From Camelus ferus (Eukaryota): a DNA stretch of 64,000 bases. Position 1 is the stretch's first letter. Each line of letters starts with the position of its first letter. Both the position numbers and the translations under genes were made by a program. Of this stretch, positions 1 through 13,169 are shown in pieces. The notes under the pieces are model-generated. The model ran no database searches and was not told where the DNA came from. It saw only the letters and a program-made list of their open reading frames with translations. The stretch is from NCBI RefSeq assembly GCF_009834535.1, contig NC_045696.1:45014001-45078000 (forward strand), written 5' to 3'.

Positions 1-947
1 TTATACCCTGACTTTAGAAAGTAAGTTATTTAAAAATAGTAAGAATTATAAAATCATTTTAAAGTAGAAACGGGATAAATGAGCATCATTTTAGAGATGA
101 GACAAGGGATAAAAGAGAGTTTACATCTTTCAAGAAACCGTTCAGTACTCAACACTGTCCCATCCACCTGGTGTGATGAGAAACTTGTGATCTGCCTGCC
201 CTTACAGAGATTCTGTGATCAGCGGTGAAAGCACACTCTCGCTCTCCTCTCATTAAACTATTACTTAGCCTACACTCTGCGGCAGACCCTGTGGTGGGTG
301 GTTTATTCTTTCCCAAGCATCACTCTAATTAACAAATTGAACATACTCTTTGCCACACAAATTGCCAAAAAAAAATAAATAAAAACAAATGCTTTTGAAT
401 TGGTTAATGAAAAGAAATCGCAACAATTCTTTATTCACCTACTGCTACATAATTTGGGAACGTTAAGAGTAGTAAAATAGTTAAACTAAGATGGTAGTTG
501 AACTAAGGCTAATACGAATCTTTTGATGTTTACCGCTACATGTGTTCAGGTCTTGTGGGCTTCAAGGCAACTTAATTATTTGCTCCATCATTTTACAGAT
601 GAGAAAACTGATACTTAATTCTCTCATCTTACACTGATATTTTCTAGCACAGGGGTAAATATTTAAGGAAAGCTAAACTTTACCCTATCTTTTAATAATA
701 AGAACATTAAATACAAGTGCATATTTGATATATGTTGTCATCCAGGTGCAATCCTCTTATTATAAAAGTCAAAAGGGACTCCTATTGTGTGCCTGCACTG
801 ACTTTTCTGACTTTTCTTACAGATCTATGTAAGATAATTTCAAACAGACAGTTTTAACATGTAAGAGCAAGATGCAAAAAAGATCACTTTCCCCTGTGTC
901 TTTAATACATGAAGGATGCAAAGTGGTACTCTGTGCCCTAAGCAGAG

Positions 948-2312
948 CTATACAAAGTCACAGTGATTAAAACAGTGTGGAGCCAGAATGAAAAACAGAC
1001 ACGTAGGTCATTGGAGAAGAATAGAGAGCCCAGAAATAAACCCATGATATATGGTCAATTAATGTACAGCAAAGGAGCCAAGAATATACAATCAGGAAAA
1101 AGCCTCTTCAATAAGGTGTGGGGAGAATTAGATAGCTACAAAAAATAAAGAAAAGGAGAAGAAAAAAAGAAAGAGGAAAGAAGGAAGGAAGGAATGAAGG
1201 AAAGAAACTGGACCATTCTTGCACCATAAACAAAAATTAACTCAAAATGGATTAAAGACTTGAAAGAAAGAACTGAAACCATAAAATTTCTAGAAGAAAA
1301 CATAGGTGGTAAGCCCCCGGACACTGGTCTTGGTGATGATTTTTTAAATCTGACACCAGAACCAAAAGCAGCAAAAGCAAAAATAAACAAGTGGGATTAC
1401 ATCAAACTAAAAAGTTCTACGTAGCAAAGGAAACCATCAACAAAATGAGAAAGTCACCTACTGAATGGAAGAAAATATTTACAAATCATAGATCTGATAA
1501 CAGATTAACATCCAATATATATAAAGAGCTCATATAACTGAACAGGCAAAAAACGAACAAACTGATTGAAAAATGGGCAGCTCTAAATAGACATCTGTCC
1601 AAAGAAGACATGCAGATGGTAAACAGTTACATGAAAAGTTGCAAGACACATGACTTGTCATCAGGGAAATGCAAATCAAAACCATAATGAGATCACCTCA
1701 CACCTCTTAAAATGGGTATTACCAAAAAGACTAGAAATAACAAGTACTGGAGAGGATGTGGTCAAAGGCAATCCTTGTGTACTGTTGGTGGGAATGTGAG
1801 CTGGAAAACAGTACGGAGGTTCCCACAAAAACTAAAAACAGAACTACTAAGAATCCAGCAAGACTACTTTTGGGTATTTAACTGAAGAAAAGGAAAACAT
1901 TAATTAGAAAGATAACTGCATCCCCCGTGTTCACTGCAGCTTTACTTGCAGTAGCTAAGGTACGGAAACAACCTCAGATGGATGAATGGATAAAACAATT
2001 GTTGCATGTATGTACAACAGAATATAATTCAGCCATAAAAAATAATGAAATCTTGCCATTTGCCACAACATGGCTGGACATCAAGGCAACATTATGCTAA
2101 GTGAAATAAGTCAGAAAAAGACAAATACCATGTTCTCTCTTATATGTGGAATCTAAAAATTAACTAATTCAAAACAAAAGTCAGCTCAAACACAGAGAAC
2201 AGATTGCTGGTTGCCAGATGAGAGGGGCAGGTGGTGGGAGAAATGAGTGAACTGTTTTCGTTTTTCTTTAGTTCAAATAAGTTAAATGCCACTAAAAAAA
2301 AAAAAAAAAAAA
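948..2312 (+). mobile_element. 5'-truncated, decayed LINE-1 (ORF2 3' end, 3'UTR and poly(A))
   Basis: ORF2-like peptide remnants (IKTVW..., MIYGQL...KGAKNIQ...SLFNK), typical L1 3' sequence (atatgtggaatctaaaa), and a poly(A) tail at 2294-2312. Many stops and frameshifts. Confidence 0.93.
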
Positions 2313-2409
2313 GTAACATGAGCATGAACACATGTTCCCTCTGTCTTTAATGCATGAAGGATGGAAAGCCATACTCTAGGTCCCAAGTAGACACTTCATT
2401 CATTTACAT

Positions 2410-2720
2410 CTTTAAAAAAAATTATTACAGAGAATTTCAAAGATACACCAAAGAAGAGAGAAAAGTGTAGTAAATTCTGTATGTATGTATCTCCCAACTC
2501 CAACAGTCATCAATTCACAACAATCTTGTTTCCTGTATACCTTCACTTGCTCTCTCCACCCATGGATAATTCTGAAGCACATCCTACACTTTACATAAAT
2601 TCCTCTGTGAATGTATTAGTACGTGTACCTAGAAACAGAAAATCTTTTAAGACTTAACTACAATACAGTTATCCTAACTAAAATTAATCCACTCAAACTA
2701 AATACTTAAACATGACATCA
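2410..2720 (-). mobile_element. Ancient L1M (L1MC/ME-like) 3'UTR fragment
   Basis: Resembles a reversed L1M 3' end (ttattacagagaatttcaaagatacac...aaaagtgtagtaaa). Boundaries approximate. Confidence 0.45.
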
Positions 2721-4080
2721 ATTATTTTTGAGTACTCTGCCTAGGATGTGTAAGCCACTATACTCGCCTGCCAAGGCTTTCTTAGACCCTTCAAGGTCAA
2801 TCTGCATGTTGTTTGGTTAAGGATGACTTCCAGATTTATGTGATCTACTTCCTGATAAAGGGTAACTGAAAAGACTGAATCTGGAAAGGGGAGGAGGTGA
2901 AAGGCAATACTAGCATCTTGATGATACAAGAAAAAGACAGTCAAAAACCGAATTTAGGTTCTCCTCCATCTCTTCTACCTGAAAGTTTAATACTATTCAA
3001 ATTACTGATGTGAGTCAGAATAGCTGCTTTATGAGTATATGTCACAGAAGATATTTTCTGTTCAGCTTTATCTTTGTTGAGAGTGTACATTATTTACTAG
3101 GATCAAAATCAAAGCAGCAAGGTACATCCATTTTGATTTGCAAACTTAGATCACAATGTGCCTCCTCTAATATGACCTCACCCGCCTCTTTCTCTGACTA
3201 CTGTCATATGCAAATTAAGTTTGACCGTATTCTCAAGTTTGGTACTTAAATTCTCAAATATTGGTGTATTTTGGTACTCCACCCCAGTTTCTGTCAGATG
3301 GTTGATTAAACACATGAAGAATGCCTTTAATAGACATATAATGCCTCGGATTGTGCCTCAGTAATTCGTATAATGTTTCTGTCAACATATACTTAATACA
3401 AGCTCACAGAGAATATGTAAATGGAGAAGGACCGATAAATAGCTTCTTTTCTAGTCCCCAACTTATTCACGCTCTGAGAAAGGGAAGAGGAAGAAATCAG
3501 ACTCCATCTATTCTAATTCACTCAATAGATTTTACTTCCTCAAATAAATCCTTTCAAACCAAAGGATACAGAAAAGTTATCAGCAAGCACTACATTCACC
3601 TAAAACTTAACTATGTAATACGCTCAAGCTAAAATTATTCAGACTCATTTGTCAACCATAAATACTGTAAGTTATATTTATGTTTAGATATACGATAACC
3701 TGAAAACAGATTAACACTGACAGAAAAACTGGGAAAAAATTAACTTCCCCCGAAATTTCAATTCCCCAATAACGTGCTACGTAAAAGTCTAAATAAATAT
3801 TGTCAGTATCATCTCATCATCATCACCATCAGTCACCTTCCATATTCTTTCTGTTTCAATGTCGTTCAGAAAGATATTACTTCCTAAATTACTTTCTTTC
3901 AATTTTTAAAGATAAACATCACAGTACAATTTATCTGCTTGCTCTCAGGGCGATCAATTATTTGAAGGCATACTTTAAGGTCAATCACTTGTCTGCTCAC
4001 ATATATAATATAAATGGAGGGCCCTAGAGAGTACATAGGACTTCATGAATCTCATTTTGGAGTGCATTTTATATTTTTAC

Positions 4081-4100
4081 TGTGTGTGTGTGTGTGTGTG
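4081..4100. repeat. (TG)10 microsatellite
   Basis: Read directly from the sequence. Confidence 0.95.
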
Positions 4101-4489
4101 TTTTCCCTATCGGTAACTTCTAATGTATATTTCCTTGCTATACTTCACATAGATTTGAAGTTACCATACGTCTCTTTTTTTAAACATGGAACAATTATAA
4201 ATAAATAAATAACTGGATAGATGCATACATACATGATACCTGTACTGAGAATAGCTTGGGTTCCCACTAAACATTTTCAGAGCACAATATATCCCACAGA
4301 AACTCAATAACTTCTTGTTAAAAGGGAATGAACAAGGATAGTTACTAGTGATCACAGAATAAATAACAGAGTGGGACAGCTCTTTGGTTTTGGTGCTTTT
4401 TTATGATGGGTAAGGGAAGAAGACATTGATGACTCTAGACTTAGTTTTAATCTGGGAGGCCCATGAAAACAGTGACTCAGGAAAGAAGC

Positions 4490-4690
4490 ACTGACATTCT
4501 GAACCAGGAAACTTGGACTGAATCCTAGGCCTACCAATTACAGCTGGGTGACAATGGAAAAGCCATTTCTTCTTATTTGTAAGGCATAATGAGAGAATGT
4601 ACATTTTAGGGACATCTTAAAGATAAAGTGAGATAAATTAACTCAAAACTTTCCAAAGTGCCAAGCAAATTCCAGTTGGTATAATTATTA
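4490..4690 (+). mobile_element. MIR SINE relic
   Basis: MIR-like core (ctgaatcctaggcctaccaattacagctgggtgac...cttatttgtaagg). Boundaries approximate. Confidence 0.5.
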
Positions 4691-7135
4691 TCAAAATAGT
4701 CTCAAGAACGAAGGAATACAGTCAGATAACTGAAGAAACATAGCCATTACGTGACTGTCAAAATGAAAGAGGAGCTCTAACATTCTAGCACATTTATACA
4801 AAAAGACATAACATATAATCAAGGACAAGCACTAATCTATAACATTCTTAAAGGCAAATGTTATTTTTTTATTTGTAGTACTAAAGTTACAAAGTTTCAC
4901 TGAGGCTATAAATTTGAAAGCTGTTTGCTTTTGATGGAAGAGATATTAAAGGATTCTTAGTGCCTTGTATGAGAATCCTTTGAGCTGGCTTCTCATCTCT
5001 CTTATTACACCATTTTTCCCCCAACAAGGCTATCTAAACATGGGACATCTATAAATTTTTTTAATCATATGTCATATGACAATCAGACCTTATTAATTTT
5101 CATCTAATGACTTTTTTTGTGGATTACTATTTTGAATACTCCAGTATCTTTATTTTGAAAAAAAAATATGCAGGAGGAATAGTCAGAGGAAAAACATTAA
5201 TTTTACTTTTAGTTGAATTAAAGGCCTTGGCAGTAATTCAAAAGAAGGCTACATATTCAACTAACATATGTGTATCCATTTCTATTTTGGAAGGAAGATG
5301 TAAGGAACACAGTTCAGAGACTGGGCCATTCACGAGCTCAGAAGCCATTTTCTAGCTTCCTGGAAAGAAAAATAGAAAGAAAACAATTCCTTATTTTACA
5401 ACTTATGTGGTAACCCTGCAACATCACTGCTGCATAGTATGTATGCTATTATCAAAAAAAAAAAAAAAAAAAGGAAAGAAAGAAAACAAACTAACAAACA
5501 TGGAGGAGTTCAGGGTAAAGAGAAATGTTTGGGAAAATGTGTGGCAGTGAAAGAAACTCTCCAAGTTCCATTGCTAAGGGCAGAATAGAAATGCCGCACC
5601 CTGAGTGATGCTCTTTCAAAGAATGCCTCTAGGGAGGTGACTACCCAACTTATTTAGTATTCTGTGCAAACCCAGGCTTGCTTATTCAATTTATTAAATA
5701 ACACAGATGTTTCAGAAGGGGAAAAAAAGTATCTGACACCTCTTTGGAGGCATGACTAATGGGCCATTATGACAGCAATTAAAGAGTAACCACTTGCAGA
5801 CTGTAACAACTAACTGACATCGCTCCTGTGCATTTCTTAGGGTTTCCGTTAATTACATAAAATTTAAGTCTCCACTGAATTTCAATTAAACCAAAGTAGG
5901 GCATCAAATGGAAGGAAAAGCTGGTGAAGGATGACTTGCTAAAAATGCACAATGGCTGAACACATAATGTTTTATGGTCAGGGTTTAATATTTCCTATTG
6001 GACTCTGACTGATTTATCAGAGCTTCTTGGCAGCCACGCAGCCTTTCAGATCCTTTTCATAGCAGCATGCCCAACCAAAGCAGTAGAAAGTAGCAAATGT
6101 CTTGCATCCATAATTAAATTTGAAGGATAACAAGATATTCATTTCAAGTGATTATTAATATCATGTCCGTCTATAAAATTTTCAGATTTAATTTTAACTT
6201 CTCAAGGATAGAGAGTGTCTCAGTATTCTTATCTCAGAGATTAGTATAGAACCTGAGCCACAGAAGCTGCTCAAAGAGTGTTTTCCTGAATAAATGAATG
6301 GGATTTGAGATCTTGGAGAATGATGGATGAAAAATTCTATGTCAGCTTCTACTGAGCCAGTTAATGGAAACCAAATTATCCCAGTGCGCAATTAAATTTC
6401 AAAACTTAACTTTTTCTCTGATAGAAAAAACCAACAAGCCTATAAAATAAAAACACTGGTTTTAAAGTCAGAAAACAGACTCCATCTAGCCTTTTACCAT
6501 TTTGAATAAGGAAACAGTTGAAAAAGACAAACGTCACTCATATCCAGAGACTTAATAATCACACATTTTTTACATCTGTGAGTTTAGATACAATGTTTGA
6601 CAAAATATTGCAAAACTATAAAAATGCTCCATATTTTCTTTTTCCCCTCAGAGTCACCATCAACTAGGTTAAGTCCAGTGAGTCCACTGAGGCTATGATG
6701 TGAGGTTTTAAGTACAGTCAATGTTTGTCAACTGTGTTTTAATTGGATTAACTTTATAAAATTTTTATTTTTATTAAATAATAGGGGCATTTTGCAATTA
6801 TGTGTTTAAATGATTGTCAAACACTGCTCTTCATACAGCAATATGAAAACTGCCAAAACAGACTGGCTGGCAGGAACTAGCCCTTCTGGAATCCATATGG
6901 AAATGTAGAAATGCTCAGGTTATCCAAGAATGGAAATGTTCAAAAGTGTGAACTTCCTTCATCACTCAAATCCTATTGAGATACAGAGACTGTGGAATAT
7001 CACTCTGAAATTCTCAAACCTTGGCCTAACAATAGGGTAGAGAAAACTTGAACCAGAGATCACTCATGCTAGTAATACTGCCAGCCAAAAAAAAAAAAAA
7101 AAAAAGTGCAAAAATCAAAATGTGAAAAGTTGAAG

Positions 7136-7187
7136 GGAATCATCCGGTAGCTACTGAATGGAATCATCCGGTAGCTACTGAATGGAA
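7136..7187. repeat. Perfect 24-bp tandem duplication
   Basis: GGAATCATCCGGTAGCTACTGAAT at 7136-7159 and 7160-7183, followed by GGAA. Confidence 0.95.
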
Positions 7188-10100
7188 CAAATGGATCTAA
7201 GGTTTAAAATTCTTAGGACTCCTCAGATCTTGAACAAGAGGAAAGGTCTTTGAAAAGATCACAGATCCTTTTCAGAGGAGAAATAAGACAGAACTGAGAC
7301 ATTACAAGACCCTTTCCCAACTGATCTACAGTATCAGTGTCTTTTTATCTGTTGTAGTCTTAGTCCATTATTCTCTTTCCTTTACGTTATCTAGCATGGA
7401 GTCTACGGGTATTTACTGAGTAACTAACCCACGTGTAGGTAGCATGCTAGGGGAGAGAAATTCTCAAATAGGTAAAGCAATCCACATCTGAGAGGAGAAA
7501 CAGGTAAATATGTATGGAAATGTTTACAATACAAATACAAGGAGGTAAAAGCTTACAGGGACATATACAAAATGTATCAGGAGAATATTTATTAACCATG
7601 AACTGTCTAGTGTTGGAAGAACTTTTTAAATGCTGATGCCTTTACATATTTTTCATTAACCTACATGCAAAATTCAATGATAATATTAGGATACTGACAT
7701 TATTCTCTAGTGACATCTAGGGATTTAATTTGAATATTATTTCAACCTTCCAAGTACTTCTGAATTTGTCTTTTTTTTTTCTTACTACTTTACTTAGTAA
7801 AATACTATTTTATTACTACCTTTACATATAATGTTTCCTAAAATTTTACTCAGAGATAGTTTTTAGTGCTTGGCAATTTATGCACTTCCTCAACCTCTGA
7901 AAGTAAAACTAAGAAGTACCTCAGAGCAAAAAAAGGAAATTGCAAACGTTAACAATTTGCAAATATGACTGGACGTATCTTCGTATTAGACCATGAGACA
8001 AATATGAAAAATCATGAAGTGAATCAAGAAACTGATTTGCAACTGGCAAGAGGAACTACACCATCTGGAAGAGGCAGAGTAATACACAGAAAAGTTGTGA
8101 TGTAGAGGGCAAAGGATTAGTAACAGCCCTGACAACTGAGTGTGCCTTTTGCAGTAACACGCCTATTGCAAATAGTTCACAAACATACAAAATAAAATAT
8201 ACAGCACTGGCCTGAAGTTTTAAAAGATAAATTTCATTTAACAAGTATACAGAACTTTGTAAAATAAGTAAATCTTTTGTTTTAGATTCAGCCCTACTCT
8301 TTTACTCATTATGAGCCACACGGTAAACAGCTATTTTATACACCACTTTAAACAATAACCTTTACTAATCCAAGGTTTCTGTCAAATGAATGGACTTTTA
8401 ACCAATTTAACTTCCAAATATTAGGTAAGTTTCAGGTTAAAGATGCTAAGTTCTGCAGTATGTATGTGTTTGGACGCTCCAGGACCGATGCGTCAAGAGA
8501 AGGGGCTGAAATACAAGGGCCATGCAGGGAGGTAGAGTCCTGGGAGACTGTTCTGGCCTCAAAGTCTGGTTTTCTTTAGGGAGAATAGCAGAGATTTTAG
8601 TTTCTTCTTAACTGTGAGAACCATACTACCACACTGAAGGCGTAAGTCAATCCAAAGGGATGACAAACACATTTGGCCTCTGTCAGTTTAGTATTTACCC
8701 TGAAATACTTAATTGCTTTCAGGTTAAGGCAGATCATCCTAAAGTTGCCCCATCCCAGTCAGCTGGACACTGACTCAGTAACATCTAATACTTTCTACTG
8801 ATACATTTGAAACTCACTTGCCAATTGACAGCTTTGTCTTCTACCAGTGTAACTAAATGTATTGAAACTCATTTATAAAAAGACATTGCTACGTCTGCAG
8901 AACTATTATTGTTAACTTAAATAGCAATCAAGTGAATTTATGTTGAGTTTGCTGATGCCACACTGAGCATCCTTCTTCCTCCAACCTCTCGCTAGATCCT
9001 TCTTCCTCCAACATCCTGCTATATGACACAAAATTCACAAACATCAGGAGGGGATAAAGGGAAATTAGTACAAGGGTAACAAGGAAAATCTTAAGACATA
9101 AGTCACATGCATATTGAGAGAGAGAGTGTAGGGATGTTGGACAGTTTTTATCAATGTAGCAAAGATGTGTGGGAGTTCAGAAATAGCTTTGAAAATGTAA
9201 ATCAACTGTAATTCATTTTCCAGTTCTTCCCCTTTTTCTTCATCCATTTTTTAAAATCTCCCCAAAGGAAGAAGGAGGCCCTTTTTATAAAGTTGTGAAA
9301 ATGTGAAAATCACCGTATTTTGTTACCAAGTAATGAGCTTAACAAACATCAGTGCTCCTCTGAGTCTGCATGGCCCCTTCCTCATCCTCTGAGGCCATCC
9401 CCCCTCAGGCTACACACAGGTTCTGGGTTGGAGAGAAGCTTCAGGAATAGGGTAGGACTGCTGATAATACACTCAATTGCAAATTTTTCTTTTAAAGGCT
9501 TAAAATTTTAATTATTAACTTTCTAAATCCCATCAACAACAATGACTTCAGTACTGACTGTATGAACTACAACAGTTAACAAACAGCCTGAGCAAAACGT
9601 TCTGTGAGACCTCCAAATACTCAAAACTGGAAATCTGTCTGAAGCTCCATCTTAAAACCTTCAACCTTTATTACAGATAAAGAAATATTAAAAAAGCCCT
9701 TGGAGAAACCAATTATTCTCCAGGTCTTATTGTAACACATCAAATCAATTTATATTTATTGAATGTCCAACTGCAGAGGGGAAGGCAGCTTGTTTCAGAC
9801 TCTGCTTCTGTAAATTGGAAAATGTAATGCCTATTTCTATGGGAACTGTATCTATCTGGGGGACCTTTTTCTGTCTGATTCTCCTATTTTCACCTTGCAG
9901 AGCAATTGTGGACATGTGTGACAGGAGTCACACCTTCTCAGAAGAAGAGGGGTGCTGAAACAACAACGTTAAGATTTACCTACTGTGGTTCACACTTTGC
10001 TTGAGAATCTGACCTGCTATAAATAGAACCTGAACTACAATAAATAATACAAATATGGTCAGCTGGCAATATTGATAAGTCACATTTTGAAATCCACAGT

Positions 10101-10362
10101 GTCACAGAAGTAGAACTACTTATGATTAATATCACGAAATTAAGTTATAATTTAAAACAATGGAAACAAAATATAAAAACAGCAAAGAAGTCAAATTATA
10201 TAAATGCAAGACTCAAACAATGAGATTTTTTTTTTAACAACCATTCAAACAAAGCACTTATCAGTGTTATTTCCCGAATCATTAAGATGGAGAAAACTGA
10301 AAGGAGAACTATCCATAGGGAACATAAGGAAGACATCAATGTTGCTAATTAAACCTTGATCA

Positions 10363-10509
<147 letters not shown>

Positions 10510-13081
10510 TCAGGAAAAAAAAAGCAACATTAAAGAATTTCTAGCATGAACTGTTAACACTGAATTTTCTTAAATACAATGACTTACAGTAAATTCCTCA
10601 CACTTGATCGTGTCAGATTATGTTGCCATTTAAGACATGATTTAAACTGGTAATCACAATATGGTCTACAAAGTTACTTTTTAAAACATTTTTGAGATTT
10701 TATCAGCAATTGCATAAGCTTTTTCATACTTCTGATTAACCTTTTTTACTGGTCTTTCAGCAAGGCAACTGCATCAGTAGAGTAATTTAAAAGACAAATT
10801 TAAGGTTTTAAAAGAAATATAAATAACTATTTCCTTTGTAAATGCCACATACTCATCTAATTTTACTATCAAATTATACAAAAAATACATATATGATTCT
10901 GGCTGATCATTAATTTTATTTCTTAGATACCTATAAAAATTCCAGAATGGAAGAAAGGCAGCATATGGCAAGGCCTTTCTGCATGCTTGGCACTGTGGTC
11001 CATATTTATTATGTCACATAATTTCCAAAGCATAAGATATACTGAATAAAAAAAATATCTAAGGCTTAGTTAAGTTTAAATTGTTTTCCTCAAATTCTAG
11101 GTTAAATCTCTAACTATCACTTACACACTCTTTTCCCAGTCTATCACAGTCAAGAAAAGTAATCACTTCAGCAACCAAAAGCTGTTTTATTAAACATCTG
11201 TTTTCTTGATTTACTAGTTTAGAAGCTTTTGGCATAGCTAAATTTTCAGTGTTCAAATATCAAAAAGATCTACACCACAAAGAAGATACAAATATATTGG
11301 TAAATATAAAGAAAATATAAAAACAGTATTTAATAGGATATAAAGAAAAGGAATCACAGAAATAAAAATTTGTTTAAATTAGGCAATGTTTTAGTCTAGT
11401 AAGTGCCTGCCATGTACATGGCCCTGGGTAGGATGAATAAATAACAATATTTAATCCCTAATCTACCAAAAGATCTTACAATCTTGGTGAGAAAAAGGAT
11501 ATACATAAACACAGATGCACACCCACACATATACCCACACATTCATATACACATTGTCTATCGTGATGTATGTATAACTATATAAAATACTTTTAAGTAA
11601 ATTAAGGAAAAAAACAAGAGAGAATCGATCAAGATAGAAAAGAAATCTAAAGTAATCCAAAATAAATCATGTACCACTGAAGTCCCTAAAATGATAGATA
11701 AGTATCTATACTGGTTATGACACCAAAAGGACCAATTTGCATTGATAAAAAAAATGAAAATAAGCTAAAATCACTGACGCAGAATTCAATGCAACGTAAG
11801 GGGTAAGCTATTCAAATACTTAGGATTAATTTAAGGGAGTGATACTACTCCTAAGTATGTGTTTCTAAGCAATTTTAAAACAATGGCTTTATAATGAGGA
11901 ATTCTCTCTCATGAGTGTCTTTCAATGTACATTAGAAAATACAAAATCACTACATAATTTTAAAATGGCTTTCGTATATTAAATTTTTAAAACTCCCCAC
12001 ACACGTGTGGTACACGTGTCAATAAGTGTGTTCACATAATAACATCAAGGCCACTGAGACCAAATCCTGGGGAATTAGAAACACAAAAAATTTTGTTGTT
12101 TTCCCTCAAATCTATAATTTGTCTTTTATTAGGTTTTTATTATTATATAAAACACAAATATATTTAATCATAAAACATTTTAATACTAAGTTACACGTAA
12201 CAGAAAATATTCAGGTTCTCTCTCAGTTAAACATTGTTACCAGTTTGGTGTTTTTCAATTTTTTTTTTAAAGCACATTCATATTCATTCATGGTAATTTT
12301 TTATTTATAGAAATTGAACTTACCTAATGTAATTTTACAAACAAAATGTTACGTAATTGAGCTCTACATAACTTTTTTACGTAACAAGACGCAGAGGTTC
12401 CCATGGGAGGATGTAGGTCCATCTGCCTCCTATTAAAGGCTTCACAGTATAATACAGTATGCCTATACTATGGTCTTTAACCTATGATTAAATATTACAG
12501 TATTTTATAGTATTTCATACTGATGAAAATGCTAACGTGAACATCCTGGTGTACAGATCTCTGTGTGTATATGCAAGTGATAGGTACTTGGAATCTAGAG
12601 TCAAAGGTGTTTAGATTTTGATAATTACTGAATGTCACTCTCAAGGCGGGCTTTACCAAGTGACACTCCTACTCATAACCTATGAGGTGGCCAGCAACAG
12701 ATTTATAAGAATATAATTATTAACAGGCTTCAATTATTCATTCACCTCAAACACTAATACATATAATTATTCTAAACTTCCTTGAAGTTTCCTAGACCAA
12801 TAGCTCTCTCCTCATATCTAGCTCCCTACCTATGATTTATCTATCTCCCCACATAAACGTCAGTATTGTGTTGGAAGCAAGAATACTAACAGCAGAAATT
12901 CTTATCCAAAAAAAATGGAGAAAGTAATGTAATTTCCTTTCAAACATGGTTAGAATTCCCCAAGTATATTTTGCATTAAACACCTGTACATGATTTTATC
13001 TGTAAGTAGAGAACAATATTTATTTCAAATGCATCACAAGTACTTATTAATTAGAAATAAGTTTCCAGAAATTGTCCTTAC

Positions 13082-13169
13082 CTGTGTAACTTTTATATGA
13101 TCATGGGGTGTAGGTTCACATAATCCAGTTAAATCAGGATTATAACTCCTCCCATCAGGATAAAGATAG
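13082..13169 (-). CDS. CBLB: CBLB coding exon (~exon 8), TKB end and linker
   Basis: tctag|C TAT CTT TAT CCT GAT...GTT ACA CAG|gtaagg; 88 bp. Translates to [29 protein letters not shown]. Confidence 0.98.
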
